NCBI GenBank assembly: GCA_905331295.1
Contig: CAJNYD010000100.1
Span: 1-38,000, forward strand
DNA length: 38,000 bases
Source: Rotaria socialis
Lineage: Eukaryota
Direction of reading: 5' to 3'
The notes under the pieces are model-generated. The model was not told the origin of the DNA. It did not search any database and saw only the letters and a program-made list of their open reading frames with translations. The position numbers were made by a program, and so were the translations under genes. Below, piece after piece: positions 25,622-36,838 of the stretch. Numbering within the stretch: position 1 is the first letter of the stretch; each line of letters begins with the position of its first letter.

Positions 25622-26529
25622 AAATGTATATAACTCGACTTCTTCGTTTTTGTATGTACTCAAATCTCGTTGTTTTGTTCTTGCCCGGTCCTTTTTTGTT
25701 TTTGTTTATTTCTCTGCACTACTACTATTTTTTTTAAAGCTCGTCATCATACGGTTAATGGATCTAGATGAAGACCACTCATCCTTTTGTGTTCTTTTTT
25801 CTTTGATATAATTCATTTGTTCTGTCATTTGTAATCGTAAAAGAAGTAAAACATAACAACCTACATCATTTTCGTCATTGTAAAATGTTTACATGTGATG
25901 ATTAAAAACATAAAAATAATTGTTTTATCGGAATGAAGGAATATTTTTGATGTTGCTCTTATAGATTTTTAATTAAATGAGCAGCGCGCTTGATGCATCA
26001 GCATCAATTTAAAAAGTGCGTCTACTCAATTTATAGAAAATGAAATGACAAGTATACTATCGAAATCATTGAAAAAAAAGTTTTTATGAGCAATAATTTA
26101 CTAATTTGAATTGGGAAAAATATTTGTTTTGCTATTGAGCTGATGTTATCTGAAATAATAAAATATGAAAGTTTTTTTAAAAACATCTTCCGCTGAATTT
26201 ATTAATAAAGAAACTAACGTCAAAAAGCGAATGGACGTCAAATGCTCTCATTAAAACATTGTTTTAGTTTAACATGAACTATTTATTGGAATCATATGTC
26301 ATCCTTGTAGATGGTTTAAAATAGTACTGAGCAGAAAATTCCCGCAACATTTTACTTATCAAAAATAAATGATATGAACTTGCAGAAACGAGATTTTTTT
26401 TGAGTAAATGGTCATATTTGATAAAAATGAAAAAAAAACATTTTGAATATGTATTATACTGATTTATATTCTCAAATATTTATGTATGTACTTTGTTGTT
26501 GTAGATATCAAATACGTCAGAAAAGAAGG

Positions 26530-27223
26530 ATGACATTAACATTCAAATGTTATCAAAATGATTTTTTGATCAAAAATTTAAATATTGCTTCATTCGGAGG
26601 TAAATTCTAATTCGAAAAAGAACAAGAATAAGTAGAATGGCTATTTCTAGACTGTTTTGGCTCAGTTATTGCTTGTATGGCTTTTGCACTTTTGATTGAA
26701 TTAAGTCGAGGTATTGATCTTTATCTTCGAAATTATTCCGTAACACATCGAAGTGGTGATTCACATCGATCAAATACTTTATCAGAAAAGACGATCCAAC
26801 GGCGAAGGTAGTTCAAAGATAAACTGAAGTTTTCATAATTATTATGTTATTCCTTTTAGATTTATGCTTCATATGTTACGTACACTTGTGCATTTAGCTC
26901 AAACTGGTTTAAGTTATATATTAATGTTAATGATCATGAATAATTTTGCTGGTTTTTTTCTTTCTGCTATTATCGGTATGATCTTCTTAAATATATATTT
27001 AATTCGAATGAGATATTTATGTTCATTTATTTTAGCGCTTGGAATCGGCTATTATCTTTTAAATGGTGTTCATCCGTATACACGTAGTGCTAATCGTATT
27101 CATATGTCAAATGCTAATAGCGATCTTACAAACACAGCAGATATTATTAATGAAGATGATGAACCTTCAGTTGCATCACACCCACCTTCTAGACTTCAGA
27201 GAATAATATCGATAAACAATTGA
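26530..27223 (+). CDS. Ctr/SLC31-family copper transporter, about 176 aa; exons 26530-26599, 26651-26807, 26860-26975, 27036-27223
   Basis: TM1 FGSVIACMAFALLIEL. TM2 LRTLVHLAQTGLSYILMLMIM with the MxxxM motif. TM3 FFLSAIIALGIGYYLL. Junction phases are consistent. An additional upstream exon (acceptor at 26504) cannot be excluded. Confidence 0.85.
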
Positions 27224-27601
27224 TAGATTTCTTTGATTTGATTTTCTTTACTATTGTTTTCAAGTTTCTATCGGCTAAACTATATAGTATTTTTTTTGTG
27301 TCGTTCATCTATTTTTTGTTTTACATCTCAGTAATTAAATTCAATACAAATGCTTTTGGCTTGATCGAATATTCATTCAGTCATTTTAATTTCCGTTGCT
27401 AAATTCATGAGATGTTCCGATTGCGTTGCCTTGCAAAGTAAAGTATGTACGCTTGCGAATAAACAGAAGACATTCATGCTGACAGTTTTACATCTAGATT
27501 GGAATCTAGAAGAATCTTTTATAAAATATGCTGATGCAGCCCGAAACTCTTACAAAATAGTGGTAGCTGTCTAATTCGAATATAAATGGGGAAAAGAAAA
27601 A

Positions 27602-27647
27602 GTTAAACTAAAACTAAATCTATTTCTAGATTTAGTTTTAGTATAAC
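27602..27647. repeat. Short AT-rich inverted repeat (21-bp arms, 1 mismatch)
   Basis: GTTAAACTAAAACTAAATCTA-TTTC-TAGATTTAGTTTTAGTATAAC. Confidence 0.7.
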
Positions 27648-27680
27648 ATTCCGATATAGACGACATAAAAATACATATAT

Positions 27681-27862
27681 ACCCATACAACCACACCCAT
27701 ACCGCAAGGTATACAACTCAGATACCACCCCGGGTACCTCTCACACGCACCTATATTTGAGCACTCCTTCATGGTACCCATCACCCACCACTCACGCGCA
27801 CCGCTATCCATAGTTACCCCTTACTCCCCCTCAACCCACACCCACACCCACACACACACCCT
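27681..27862. repeat. C/A-rich degenerate repeat ending in (CCCACA)3, i.e. TGTGGG on the minus strand
   Basis: CCCACA x3 at 27835-27852, with degenerate ACCCATAC/ACACCC units upstream. Confidence 0.6.
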
Positions 27863-28114
27863 AGGCATATCATGGTGTTGCTCGAGTATTAGCTACAGAA
27901 TACATAGATGTACGGGTATTTAGTGAGGTGACAGTTGGGCATTATTAGTACGATTTAGAATGCAATATTGAATGGTAGGATTTTCTTCGTTCATTCAGCT
28001 GGTGATTCTCTTATGAACTTACGTATTAACGTTTTCTGAGGTCTACATTTATTTTGATTTTTGGAAATGTTAAGACAATTAGCATTCAATTATTTGTAGA
28101 CCCATGTGATTCAA

Positions 28115-28185
28115 ACCGGAAAAAACCGGCGGTATACCAATGGTTCACCGTTCAGTATAATGTGCGCTATACCGTCGGTTTTTCA
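28115..28185. repeat. Inverted repeat, probable degraded MITE core
   Basis: GAAAAAACCGGCGGTATA...TATACCGTCGGTTTTTC, with related TACCGCCGGT / ACCGCGGTATAC motifs near 28512-28542. Confidence 0.5.
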
Positions 28186-29167
28186 TGAAAGTGATTCATC
28201 CTTTTGTATAGTATAGAAACGACTGAATATTTTTTACGTCTGTTAAAACCGACACAATCGTGTTGAATTTGGTGTACTCTGATAATATCGATGCGCCTGA
28301 GCCGCCTGTAGTAGCCACAGATCTCAAATCAGTCCCATTTATGTGATAAATATTTTATTAAAGATGTTGCTGTAAAAATAATAATTCGCGAAATATATTC
28401 TAATATAGTTTTTTTTTTGATTAATTCGAATTCTTTTTCCGAAATAAATCGGGACTTGACAAAAAACGATTTCTGGATGACTTTTTAGCTGGAACCAGAG
28501 CTTATAAGCGCTACCGCCGGTTATTATGAGTACCGCGGTATACTGATGGTAGTGACAAGAAATGTGCGACATGGGAATTTCTTCTATCCCATTTGACTAA
28601 AAATCAAGCTCAATAGATATTTACGGTAGTTTTTGTTTTAAAAGTTGCATGTTTGACTGAGTAATTCCAGCGTACTGTTGGTTATGACACATCTTGGAAA
28701 ATTCCTCTATTCATTTAATAATGTAGATAACATATCACCTCGTACAGATACCTGAAGTAGGAAGAAAGAATATTGAAGCAAAAGAAAATAAATGAATTTG
28801 ATATAAAAAAAACATTCTATATCAAGACTGGTGCACGTTAAACGACTTCACACTTGCTTTTCAATTCATTTTATTTTTAAAGTCAACAAAAATGATAGAG
28901 ATAACCATTTTCAGTCTTCTTTTTCAGAGTAAAAAGTTTGACTGATATGAGAAAGATTTTTCGAGGAGGTATTTCTGAAATGAAATGTTGAATATTTTTG
29001 AAAAGAATTCTCAAGATTTGATAACTACTGTTCTTCAAATTTCGACAGGATAGATATGTGACATACTTATTAGATTATTTACAGCAGTCTACCAATGAAG
29101 ATATTATTTAGTATTACAGATAAATCATTTTACTAATTCTGTGTTATTTTCTATTTACAGATTCATC

Positions 29168-30142
29168 ATGAGGATATCCATCGACACGATTTGTACTGGC
29201 AAAGAGCGACCTTTTGACTTTGACGTCGAATCGTCTACAACAATTAAACAGTTAAAAGAACTTTTTTTCGAAAAAGTTCATAATATCACTACAATTACAG
29301 CTGAAGATTTACAGAAATCATATTTTGATTTTGAAAGAGATAAACTTGACACTGACGAAAATACTTTAAAAATATATGGTGTAGAAGAAAAATCTCGATT
29401 AAAATACGTTGAATCAACGAACGGACCGTCTCGCGATCCAAATAGCTTAGGCGGTGTTGGAGTCAAATTTGTTGATGTTAGTAACGAAAAAGGGTTACAA
29501 CGAGTAGAATGGTCTAAAAAAGCTCCAGAATGAAGAAGAGTGGACCGTGGTTTTGTTCTTGAAGGTACATGTACGCATCCAAAATGCAAAGCAACCCCAG
29601 GTCGTGGACGTACGGCGGGAAACGGCCGGAAAGCACAGGAAAGCGCTGGAAAGTGGAAGCAGTATTCCAGTTGGAAGTCACCGGATTTTCTTCCTGTAGA
29701 TTCCGATCAACTTCCAGANACTGGAATACTGCTTCCAGTTTCCAGTGCTTTCCCGTGCTTTCCGGCCAGATACGGTGATTTTTCCGCATCTTTCCGGCCG
29801 GTTCCTACAGTATCCGTCCTCCGGAATCATTGACCTGGGACAGGGCAAATGGTGGCCATATCAATGCACTACCGGGATTACGATATTACATCCGAGTCTG
29901 ATCTCCTAAAAAGTGTATGTCCAATGTGTAAAGAATATGTTGATCCAAAAACGTGTGGCTTCAACAATTGTTGGTGGAGAATAGATGGCACCCAAAAAGA
30001 AGGCGGTAAACCACCAAAATCTATTAAAAGTGAATGGAGATACGCTGATAATGCATATCATTATTTTGATGAAAAGCTCAGTGGTACAACTTCACGGCTT
30101 CGACTCACGTTTGAATGTGTTAAAAACAAACCTCTGTTATGA
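29168..30142 (+). pseudogene. Ubiquitin-like domain plus Cys-rich C-terminal domain gene, disrupted by TGA at 29531-29533 and a MITE insertion (restored length about 242 aa)
   Basis: N-terminus is ubiquitin-like (DVESSTTIKQLKE...TLKIYGVEEKSRL), then FVDVS..APE*RRVDRGFVLEGTCTHPKC. Removing 29596-29841 rejoins the frame as KCKATGQMVAISM...CPMCKEYVDPKTCGFNNCWWRIDG. Confidence 0.85.
29596..29839. mobile_element. CMC/EnSpm-like MITE, 244 bp, inserted in a coding exon
   Basis: TIR CCCAGGTC...GACCTGGG and 2-bp TSD AC (29594-29595, 29840-29841). Internal 48-bp inverted repeat GGCCGGAAAGCAC..GCAGTATTCCAGT with 3 mismatches. Excision restores the host frame exactly. Confidence 0.92.
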
Positions 30143-30969
30143 ACTTACCTATTACTGAACATTATTTTACTGTATAATAATAGTGCTTTCAATATTGTAT
30201 TTTTTATCATTTGATTCGCGCGATCTACTTTCTAAACACTACATGTAAATTTTTACGAAAAAAATAAAAGTGTTATAAACCAAAAAGCTTGACCGTGAGT
30301 ATTTTCATGGCTTCGATTCATTCTTTAATACCCGGAGGCGCGAGGGGATATGGCTAAATGACTGCTGCTCTTTACTTCACTTAGACTCATCTACTATAAT
30401 AATTACGAATGTATGAACTATTGTAACTGCTTTTTATCTCTGAAAAATCCTAAATATCATCTTTTTCTTATCGTAAAATATCGCTTTACAAGTTTAGAAT
30501 TAGAAATTTGCAAATGATCAGAATTTTGTTGAGAAGACTAATTGAGTAAACGAGTAGTTGCTGTTTGTTTTCTAGGTTAAGTAGCGCACTACCTTGTAAA
30601 CTTCTATCAAGATACCGATTTTTCATCATCTTTCTCAACGGCTTAATTTATACGACGCTTCACAATAAACTAAGTAGTCTATCTAGGTATGGTAAGATCG
30701 ATGTTCAGTAAGGACGATCTCTGTATCCCTGAACGTTCTTGATAACTGCAGGCAGAGATAGGCAAGTCAAAGGTTTTTTGGCTTCAGTAAAGTCAAATCA
30801 TTTCTCAAAAATTCCAAGGCAAGTCATCTTAGAAACATGAATAGCTTTTTAATGTTGACGTAAAAGAAAAACAACGTATTGTTTGGTTTTAAACTTCAAA
30901 AATTTGTCGTTTTTTCAACTGTAACTATGTTAAGAAATAATTTACAAAATGTATCACAATACCGTTTGA

Positions 30970-32495
30970 GTTATGTGAATTTTGATTGTAATTTATTATG
31001 CCACTGTTTTTTGGAAATGCTGGATGAGTTTATTGTTGTACATGGTGCAATGGTTTCGTTTGACACAGTAGATAGATATTGATTTTGGCCATTCATATTT
31101 GACGAAACACGATTTATTCGTTCTACCATTTCAGATGTTGCTGAAAAAATATTAGTAACTGGCGATATTGGAAAGTCTTTGTTCATAAGGGAAGTAGAAT
31201 CTTGTACTTCTTGTGAGTTTGTTATATTGTGATCAGAAACGATTGTGCCTATAAAATAATTTTTTTATACAGACGAATATTGTGTTGTTTACTAGAATAC
31301 CGTTTAGAATTGTACCTATAGAATTTGATTGGATATTATTTTCAATATTGTTTACTAAAAAGGAAAGAACATTTATTAGTTCAACTCTGTTTTTAGTTAT
31401 GAATAAAATACTATTGATTTGTTTGATCATATTACTTTGAGTAATAATAGATAATTGTTCAGTAAGATAGGAAGAAATATTAAAAGGTGAGTTAGATTCT
31501 ACGATGATATGATTAGATATAGTTTCTTGATTATTGGTTATTTTGATTTGAGAATAAGAGTTAGATTATCTTGAACTGAATTATCTAAATATTTAACATA
31601 CCCAGGTGAATCAATCCGATACCGAATCCCATCGGATTCTATGGGGTCCTACCATCCAACGAAATCCCGTTGGATTCCGGTTGAGGAATCAATGTCAGAT
31701 CCGACAGTCGTATATCCAATGATATCCGATTGTCGGAACCAATGAAATCCGAAGCATTCCGGTTTCTATTGACGGTTACTGTCGAATCTTATTAGGATCC
31801 GATATCGATTCCGGAACCAGGAATCCGACGATAATCCGATAGTTTTCTTGCGCCTTCGGAAGAGCTCCGTCGGATTCTAATAGGAGCCGATCGAAACTCA
31901 TCGGATCCTAGGCTAGGATTCATTCTCCTGGGTATACCTATTATGACTGTAAAAATGAAAATTCATCAGAATACTAAATGTGACATTATTAGATGTTAAC
32001 ATATGACTAACACTGATTTCAGATGCCAAATGTGTAGATGTTTCATTTTCATCAATTCAATGTACATGTTTTTAATGTGTTTGAATCGCTTAATATTGAA
32101 ATATTATGTTGATTTGGTAAAATTAATTCTCTATTTATGTTCACTGTTTAATAATGAAAATAAGAAAATGAATTCAAATCGATGAATTTTTTTTAACAAT
32201 TACTTATGTTTATGTTATTCGCTTCTACATTAGTAACTCTCAAGTTAGTTGATGTAGTATTATTCGTGTGTTTTTCATTATAATTTTCATTTGACATGGA
32301 ACCTTTTGTTTAATGTGAAAAAAAATTGTTAGTTTAGTTATGAATGTAAGAAAGGAACGATGTCGTGGTGATGTTTAAAAAATATATATATACTATGCAG
32401 AAAACGTTCTGGATATTTTGTTTTCAATTGTTCATGTAAAAGTTGATGTTCAGATAACATTAATACTTCTTCTCTCATTTTTGTTAAAATGTGCT
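30970..32495 (-). pseudogene. Degraded multi-exon gene relic encoding Asn/Ser/Thr-rich sequence, unidentified
   Basis: Consecutive minus-strand open segments (32338-32490, about 32200-32310, about 31940-32125, 31233-31570, 30971-31186) with plausible donor/acceptor sites, but with stops and frameshifts between them. Confidence 0.35.
31601..31932. mobile_element. CMC/EnSpm-like MITE, 332 bp
   Basis: TIR CCCAGGTGAATCAATCC / GGATTCATTCTCCTGGG (17 bp, 2 mismatches), TA on both flanks, many internal ATCCGA/TCGGAT inverted subterminal motifs. Confidence 0.88.
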
Positions 32496-32505
32496 TGTTT
32501 TTTAT

Positions 32506-32582
32506 TTGAGGGTGTGAGTGTGGGTGTGGGTGTGATTGAGTTAAACATGCAGTTACATCCACATCCACATCCACACTCTCAA
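32506..32582. repeat. Hairpin built from inverted TGTGGG/TGTGGA units
   Basis: TTGAGGGTGTGAGTGTGGGTGTGGGTGT...ACATCCACATCCACATCCACACTCTCAA. Confidence 0.7.
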
Positions 32583-32700
32583 GTAAAATTACTTGTACTA
32601 CAAAAATTTACTTTGTACTTAATATTTTCAAGTAAAAAAGTACAAAAGTACCAAGTATAATACTCAGTATCCAGTGTCTGATTCTGATATTCATTTGCAG

Positions 32701-33210
32701 TTATAGTTGCATATATAATTGTTGGTGTATTATGGTTCGACAAATGTATTATTCAACTACTTATATCAACTTATCTAATCGTGACAGGCGTGGTCGGGAT
32801 TATTGCTATAGTATTAGGTATTTTTTATAAATTCTGCACCATGATCTACTAATAAAAAGACAGCAGATGTTAAGCTGGCAGTAAAATCTGATCTAATTAT
32901 TGGCAAGCTTGGTGTTACTGCTGGTAATGTATTGGTAGGAATATCATTGATAGTTATTGTGATATTTATGATTGGTTGGTTTATTCCTGGTTGTATTTGG
33001 GTATTTGGTGCATTTGGTGAAGCTCAATATGATCAACCTGATAAATCTGATTATTGTTATCGAACATTATATTCGTTTGGATGTTTTGCCATTTTGTCGC
33101 CACTTATAGATTGTTGCATGGCATGCTGTCGTAAATGTTTCGTAGCAGGGCTACTTCTGACAACAAAGAAAAAAGATGGTGCTATACCTGTATCAACAAC
33201 AGAACCATAA
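32701..33210 (+). pseudogene. TMEM272-like multi-pass membrane protein fragment (first exon not found; frameshift or a weak 46-49-nt intron starting at 32818)
   Basis: After acceptor TTGCAG (32700): IIVGVLWFDKCIIQLLISTYLIVTGVVG (cf. CPxxPxIPxYLIVxG). Then FMIGWFIPGCIWVF..YDQPDKSDYCYRTLYSF (cf. WFIxGxVWVF..YCxxxLYxF). Confidence 0.6.
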
Positions 33211-33408
33211 TCAAGACTTTAGAATCTCATTATAGGTTTTCTTTCTTCCTTTTGATTTATCAACAGTATTATCATGCTTAATAAACATTAATTATTCACA
33301 TTATTTGAGTATATCCGTAAATAAAACATGAATCTATAACCGTAATATATTTACAATGAAAAAAAAACAAGTTAACAAATTATATGTTATTTCTCTTGTT
33401 CATTTCAA

Positions 33409-35384
33409 TCATATATCTTTATATAAAACATAATTAATCAATGGACGCATTATTGGTAAGTTCAAAAGATCTTTTCGTTTGACCCCAGAATAAGTGTTTA
33501 TTGCTGATCGACAAAAACATTTCAATGATAATGGTTGATTCGTAGATATTGTGGAGAGAGTTGAAAACAGATGAACTTCACCATTACGATTACTGACGGC
33601 CATAGTGTTGCCGTTAGGCGTGGTTGCAACATGAAGAACATTGGGTTCTGTTTGTTCATATATCATATTTGAAGATTGATCGGAGAGTAAAGGAAACCAG
33701 CGTACTTTGCTAAAGTAATAAAGATGATGTTAGTAGAAGATATTTTTCATTGAATTCTTACTTATCATCACATGCAGTAATTAAAAACTGATTAGACTTT
33801 GTAATAGCAACAGATCGAACAAATGCACCGTTATCACCGCCAGCATAGATTTTTAATGGTTTTGGAATTTTATGTGCGAATCCTTTTAGAATTTCGCCTG
33901 TTGTTGTCGACCACATTAAAACGCGTGTATCATAAGAAGCAGTTACTAAAAATGCGCTGAACCAAAGAACAAACATATAAATATATATATTAGATTAATA
34001 TATTAATAATCGCGAGTTACCTATCTGATGAAAATGCACAATCAACAACAGTATGTAAATGTCCATCTAGTCGAAATAGCTCTTTCCATGTTGTCGTATT
34101 AAATAAAACAACTAATTCATATGGTCCCACTGCACATAGAATCGTTTCATCTGGTGACCATTTTACTGTATTGATGGCATGAGTCCATTCATTTAATGTT
34201 TTATACATATTACCTGAGATTAGAAAAGAAAAAAGTACTGAGACAGATGTCACTATTAAAAGAATTTTAATTTACAGGTAAAATAAATACTGGTTATTTA
34301 TCAAAAAGAAAAACAAATAAATAGATAAGATGAAGAATATACATTAGAAGTAAATTATGTATCAGATTTTGTTTTTAAGTTGAGAGTAAAATTTTGTTTC
34401 AATGAAAAAACATCAGAACAGTCGATGATTATACAGAATTTCAATTATGTAAATAAATAAGTTGAAAATTTATACGAATTGTAAACATTTTCAAGCAAGG
34501 ATTTTTCTTATGTATTTGATTATTGTCATGTATTAAAGTCATCTTCTTACAAACCGAAAATTTTCACGAAGACTTTTTTCGGGGTGTGGGTGTGAGGAAA
34601 GGCGACATACACGTCTACACACCCATACCCTTGCTCAATCAATTCTAATGTAAGTTATTTTTCTTCTAATTCTATATTTTATTTTCATTATTAGTTTATT
34701 CATTGTTTTTTTCTTCTCTTACCATCATCAAATAGATCCCATAATTTAATAGTTGTATCATATGAACATGATGCTAATTGCATCGTACATGATGTAAAAT
34801 CTAGTCCACATACAGTTAATTGATGATCTTTAAGTACTAATATTAATTCACCAGTATCAATATTCCAAATTTCGATTTTCCCACTGGCTAGACCAGCAGC
34901 AAGAAATAAGTTTTTACTAAAATCATATCGACGATTAACTACAGATAAGCTTGAACGTCGATCAAGTGATCCACGTCGTGCTATTGATGTTGATAAAGTG
35001 CTCGTATCAAATAGACGTAGGTCTATGGGTAGATTTGATTTTGATGTTCTCTGACCGAATGCTAATGACCATATTGCAGCTGTACAATTGAACTGATTGT
35101 GTATACGCATAGTACTTTCAGTGACATTTTTTGCATGCCAATCAGAACAATAGACGACAAGAACACAATGTTGACCATCAATATCTTGTTTTGGTATAGC
35201 CAAATATTGTGAGCATGGTGAAAATGCTACTTTCCATATGTTATTTGTTAAAAAATCTGGCGAATTACATTTTTCGTGTAATAATTGATTTACGGGTAAA
35301 ATAGAAGGTTGTACTACTATAAAAAAAAATGATTATTTTACAATTAGAAGAATATTAAATTATACCTATTACAGGATTAGACAT
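33409..35384 (-). CDS. WSB1: WD repeat and SOCS box-containing protein (WSB1/2-like), about 433 aa; exons 35384-35366, 35316-34723, 34213-34021, 33956-33762, 33709-33409
   Basis: WD40 repeats (WKVAFSP, LAAGLASGKIEIWN, LASCSYDTTIKLWDLFDDGNMYKTL, GHLHTVVDCAFSSD, TASYDTRVLMW) and C-terminal SOCS box PLSLKCFCRSAI..LPIMRPLINYVLY. All junctions are in frame (1302 nt). WSB1 versus WSB2 cannot be distinguished from the sequence alone. Confidence 0.9.
34582..34630. repeat. Intronic hairpin of inverted TGTGGG units
   Basis: GGGTGTGGGTGTG...CACACCCATACCC (13-bp arms, 1 mismatch) inside WSB intron 2. Confidence 0.6.
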
Positions 35385-35631
35385 AGATTAGAAAAGAGAT
35401 ACAAAACAATTTTAAAAACAAACACGTCCGAATATAACAATGTCTAGAATAAAACAAAAATGAATGTTCGTAATACACGAAGCAAGTGACACCTCTCGAA
35501 ACTGATAGGAGTCAAAGAAAAAAAATTATCTATTGCTTAGTTTTTTTGTCATCGACATCATCATAATGTTCGATTAAAAAATAGTTCATGTTTATTTTTA
35601 GATAGCATATCATTTTTTACATACTTTTCAG

Positions 35632-35746
35632 ATGCAGCGATTGTTTGCATTGCTTGTTGTCGTTGTTCTTACTAAAATTAACGGCAATCCAGGCGATTTT
35701 CGTCCTCCAGCAGTGCCATTGATTGTATTTAGTCCTCATATATCAG
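35632..35746 (+). CDS. Exon 1 of a secreted glutaminase A (GtaA)-like protein; the remainder was not found in the window
   Basis: ATG directly after TTTTCAG. Signal peptide MQRLFALLVVVVLTKING, then FRPPAVPLIVFSPHIS, matching the fungal/bacterial GtaA N-terminal RPPAVPLxVxxPYxSxW motif. Strong donor CAG|GTGAGT at 35747. Confidence 0.72.
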
Positions 35747-36838
35747 GTGAGTCACAATGCGACGCCTGTGAGGAAGAGAAAAGGCTTTTTTCATAGCACT
35801 ATTGTCAAAACGAACCATCTAACCTTTTAATCCGTGGACTGCTGAACAGTGAATAAACGTTCGTTTCTAAAACTTAGGCAATGCAACACACTTATGCATT
35901 ATATTATACACACGCGTTCTGCGTATAAAATCTGACTTAAATATAACGCATTTTCAATTTTATGGTGAGAAAAAATACATATATTGGGTTTTTATTTTTT
36001 TTTTGTATAAAAGAGTCATCATGGTTGAGGTTACGCCAATCGCAACGTGTCTTGAAGAAGGATAAGCTATCAGAAAGAATATCAATGTGTGTGACAGTTT
36101 CATTCTTTTTCACATCGTTGAATTTTTTCGCGAGTTTAATATAAATCTCTACGGATAATCTTTGATTTAATTTTTATACTATAACTTTTCAAACAATTAA
36201 ATTTTGATTATTCTCTCATCGAAAAAAAACAGTTTACCAACACCAACAAGCGATGTGTTCACTGAAAAGATGTTGTAATCTACAATTTTTTGAGATTGAA
36301 CACCAAGTTCGTTTCTATAACTTTGCGTCAAATTATAACGTTGTGAAACAAGAGATAAATAGAACAAAATTAGATCGGGTTTCAAATGAAACAAAAAACT
36401 ATTATTGATTATGAATATTTTCTTAATTATGTATAAATTAAAAAGGAAGGAAGGTTGGCTGGTAAAAAGCCAACGACAGCACCACCATGAGCTACTAGAT
36501 TAGGAGACTTCTCAAATATAAAGATTCATCTAAAGATAATAAAGCACAAGGATTACCTGCATAAACAGTACTCATTACATGCATCGCTACCATGCTAAGC
36601 CTTCTCAGTGAATCATACAAAATTAGTGACATCTATATTATGTTTTTATCATTAAACCCAAAATCCTTTTGCATATTTCTTAGTTGGCGTTTTTTAGTTG
36701 GAAATAAATTAGAATCTTAATTCGTAGTGCGTGTGTATGTAGTAATTGTAGCTCAGAAACAAATGTATGATACGACACCAATCCGTTCCACCAGACCACA
36801 GATCATTTAAAATATTGATATAAATTCACTAATCAAAA

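Noticed and set aside
29531..29533. In-frame TGA as selenocysteine or programmed readthrough
   Set aside because: The context fits a Trp codon mutated by one base, no SECIS was recognised, and the gene is independently disrupted by a MITE.
6435..35384. Functional ubiquitin-pathway cluster (LRRC14-like, UBL, WSB)
   Set aside because: The genes are far apart, interleaved with unrelated genes and from large families, so chance co-occurrence is sufficient.
36197..36394. 65-aa minus-strand ORF as a gene nested in the GtaA intron
   Set aside because: No ATG, no recognisable family and no partner exons identified.
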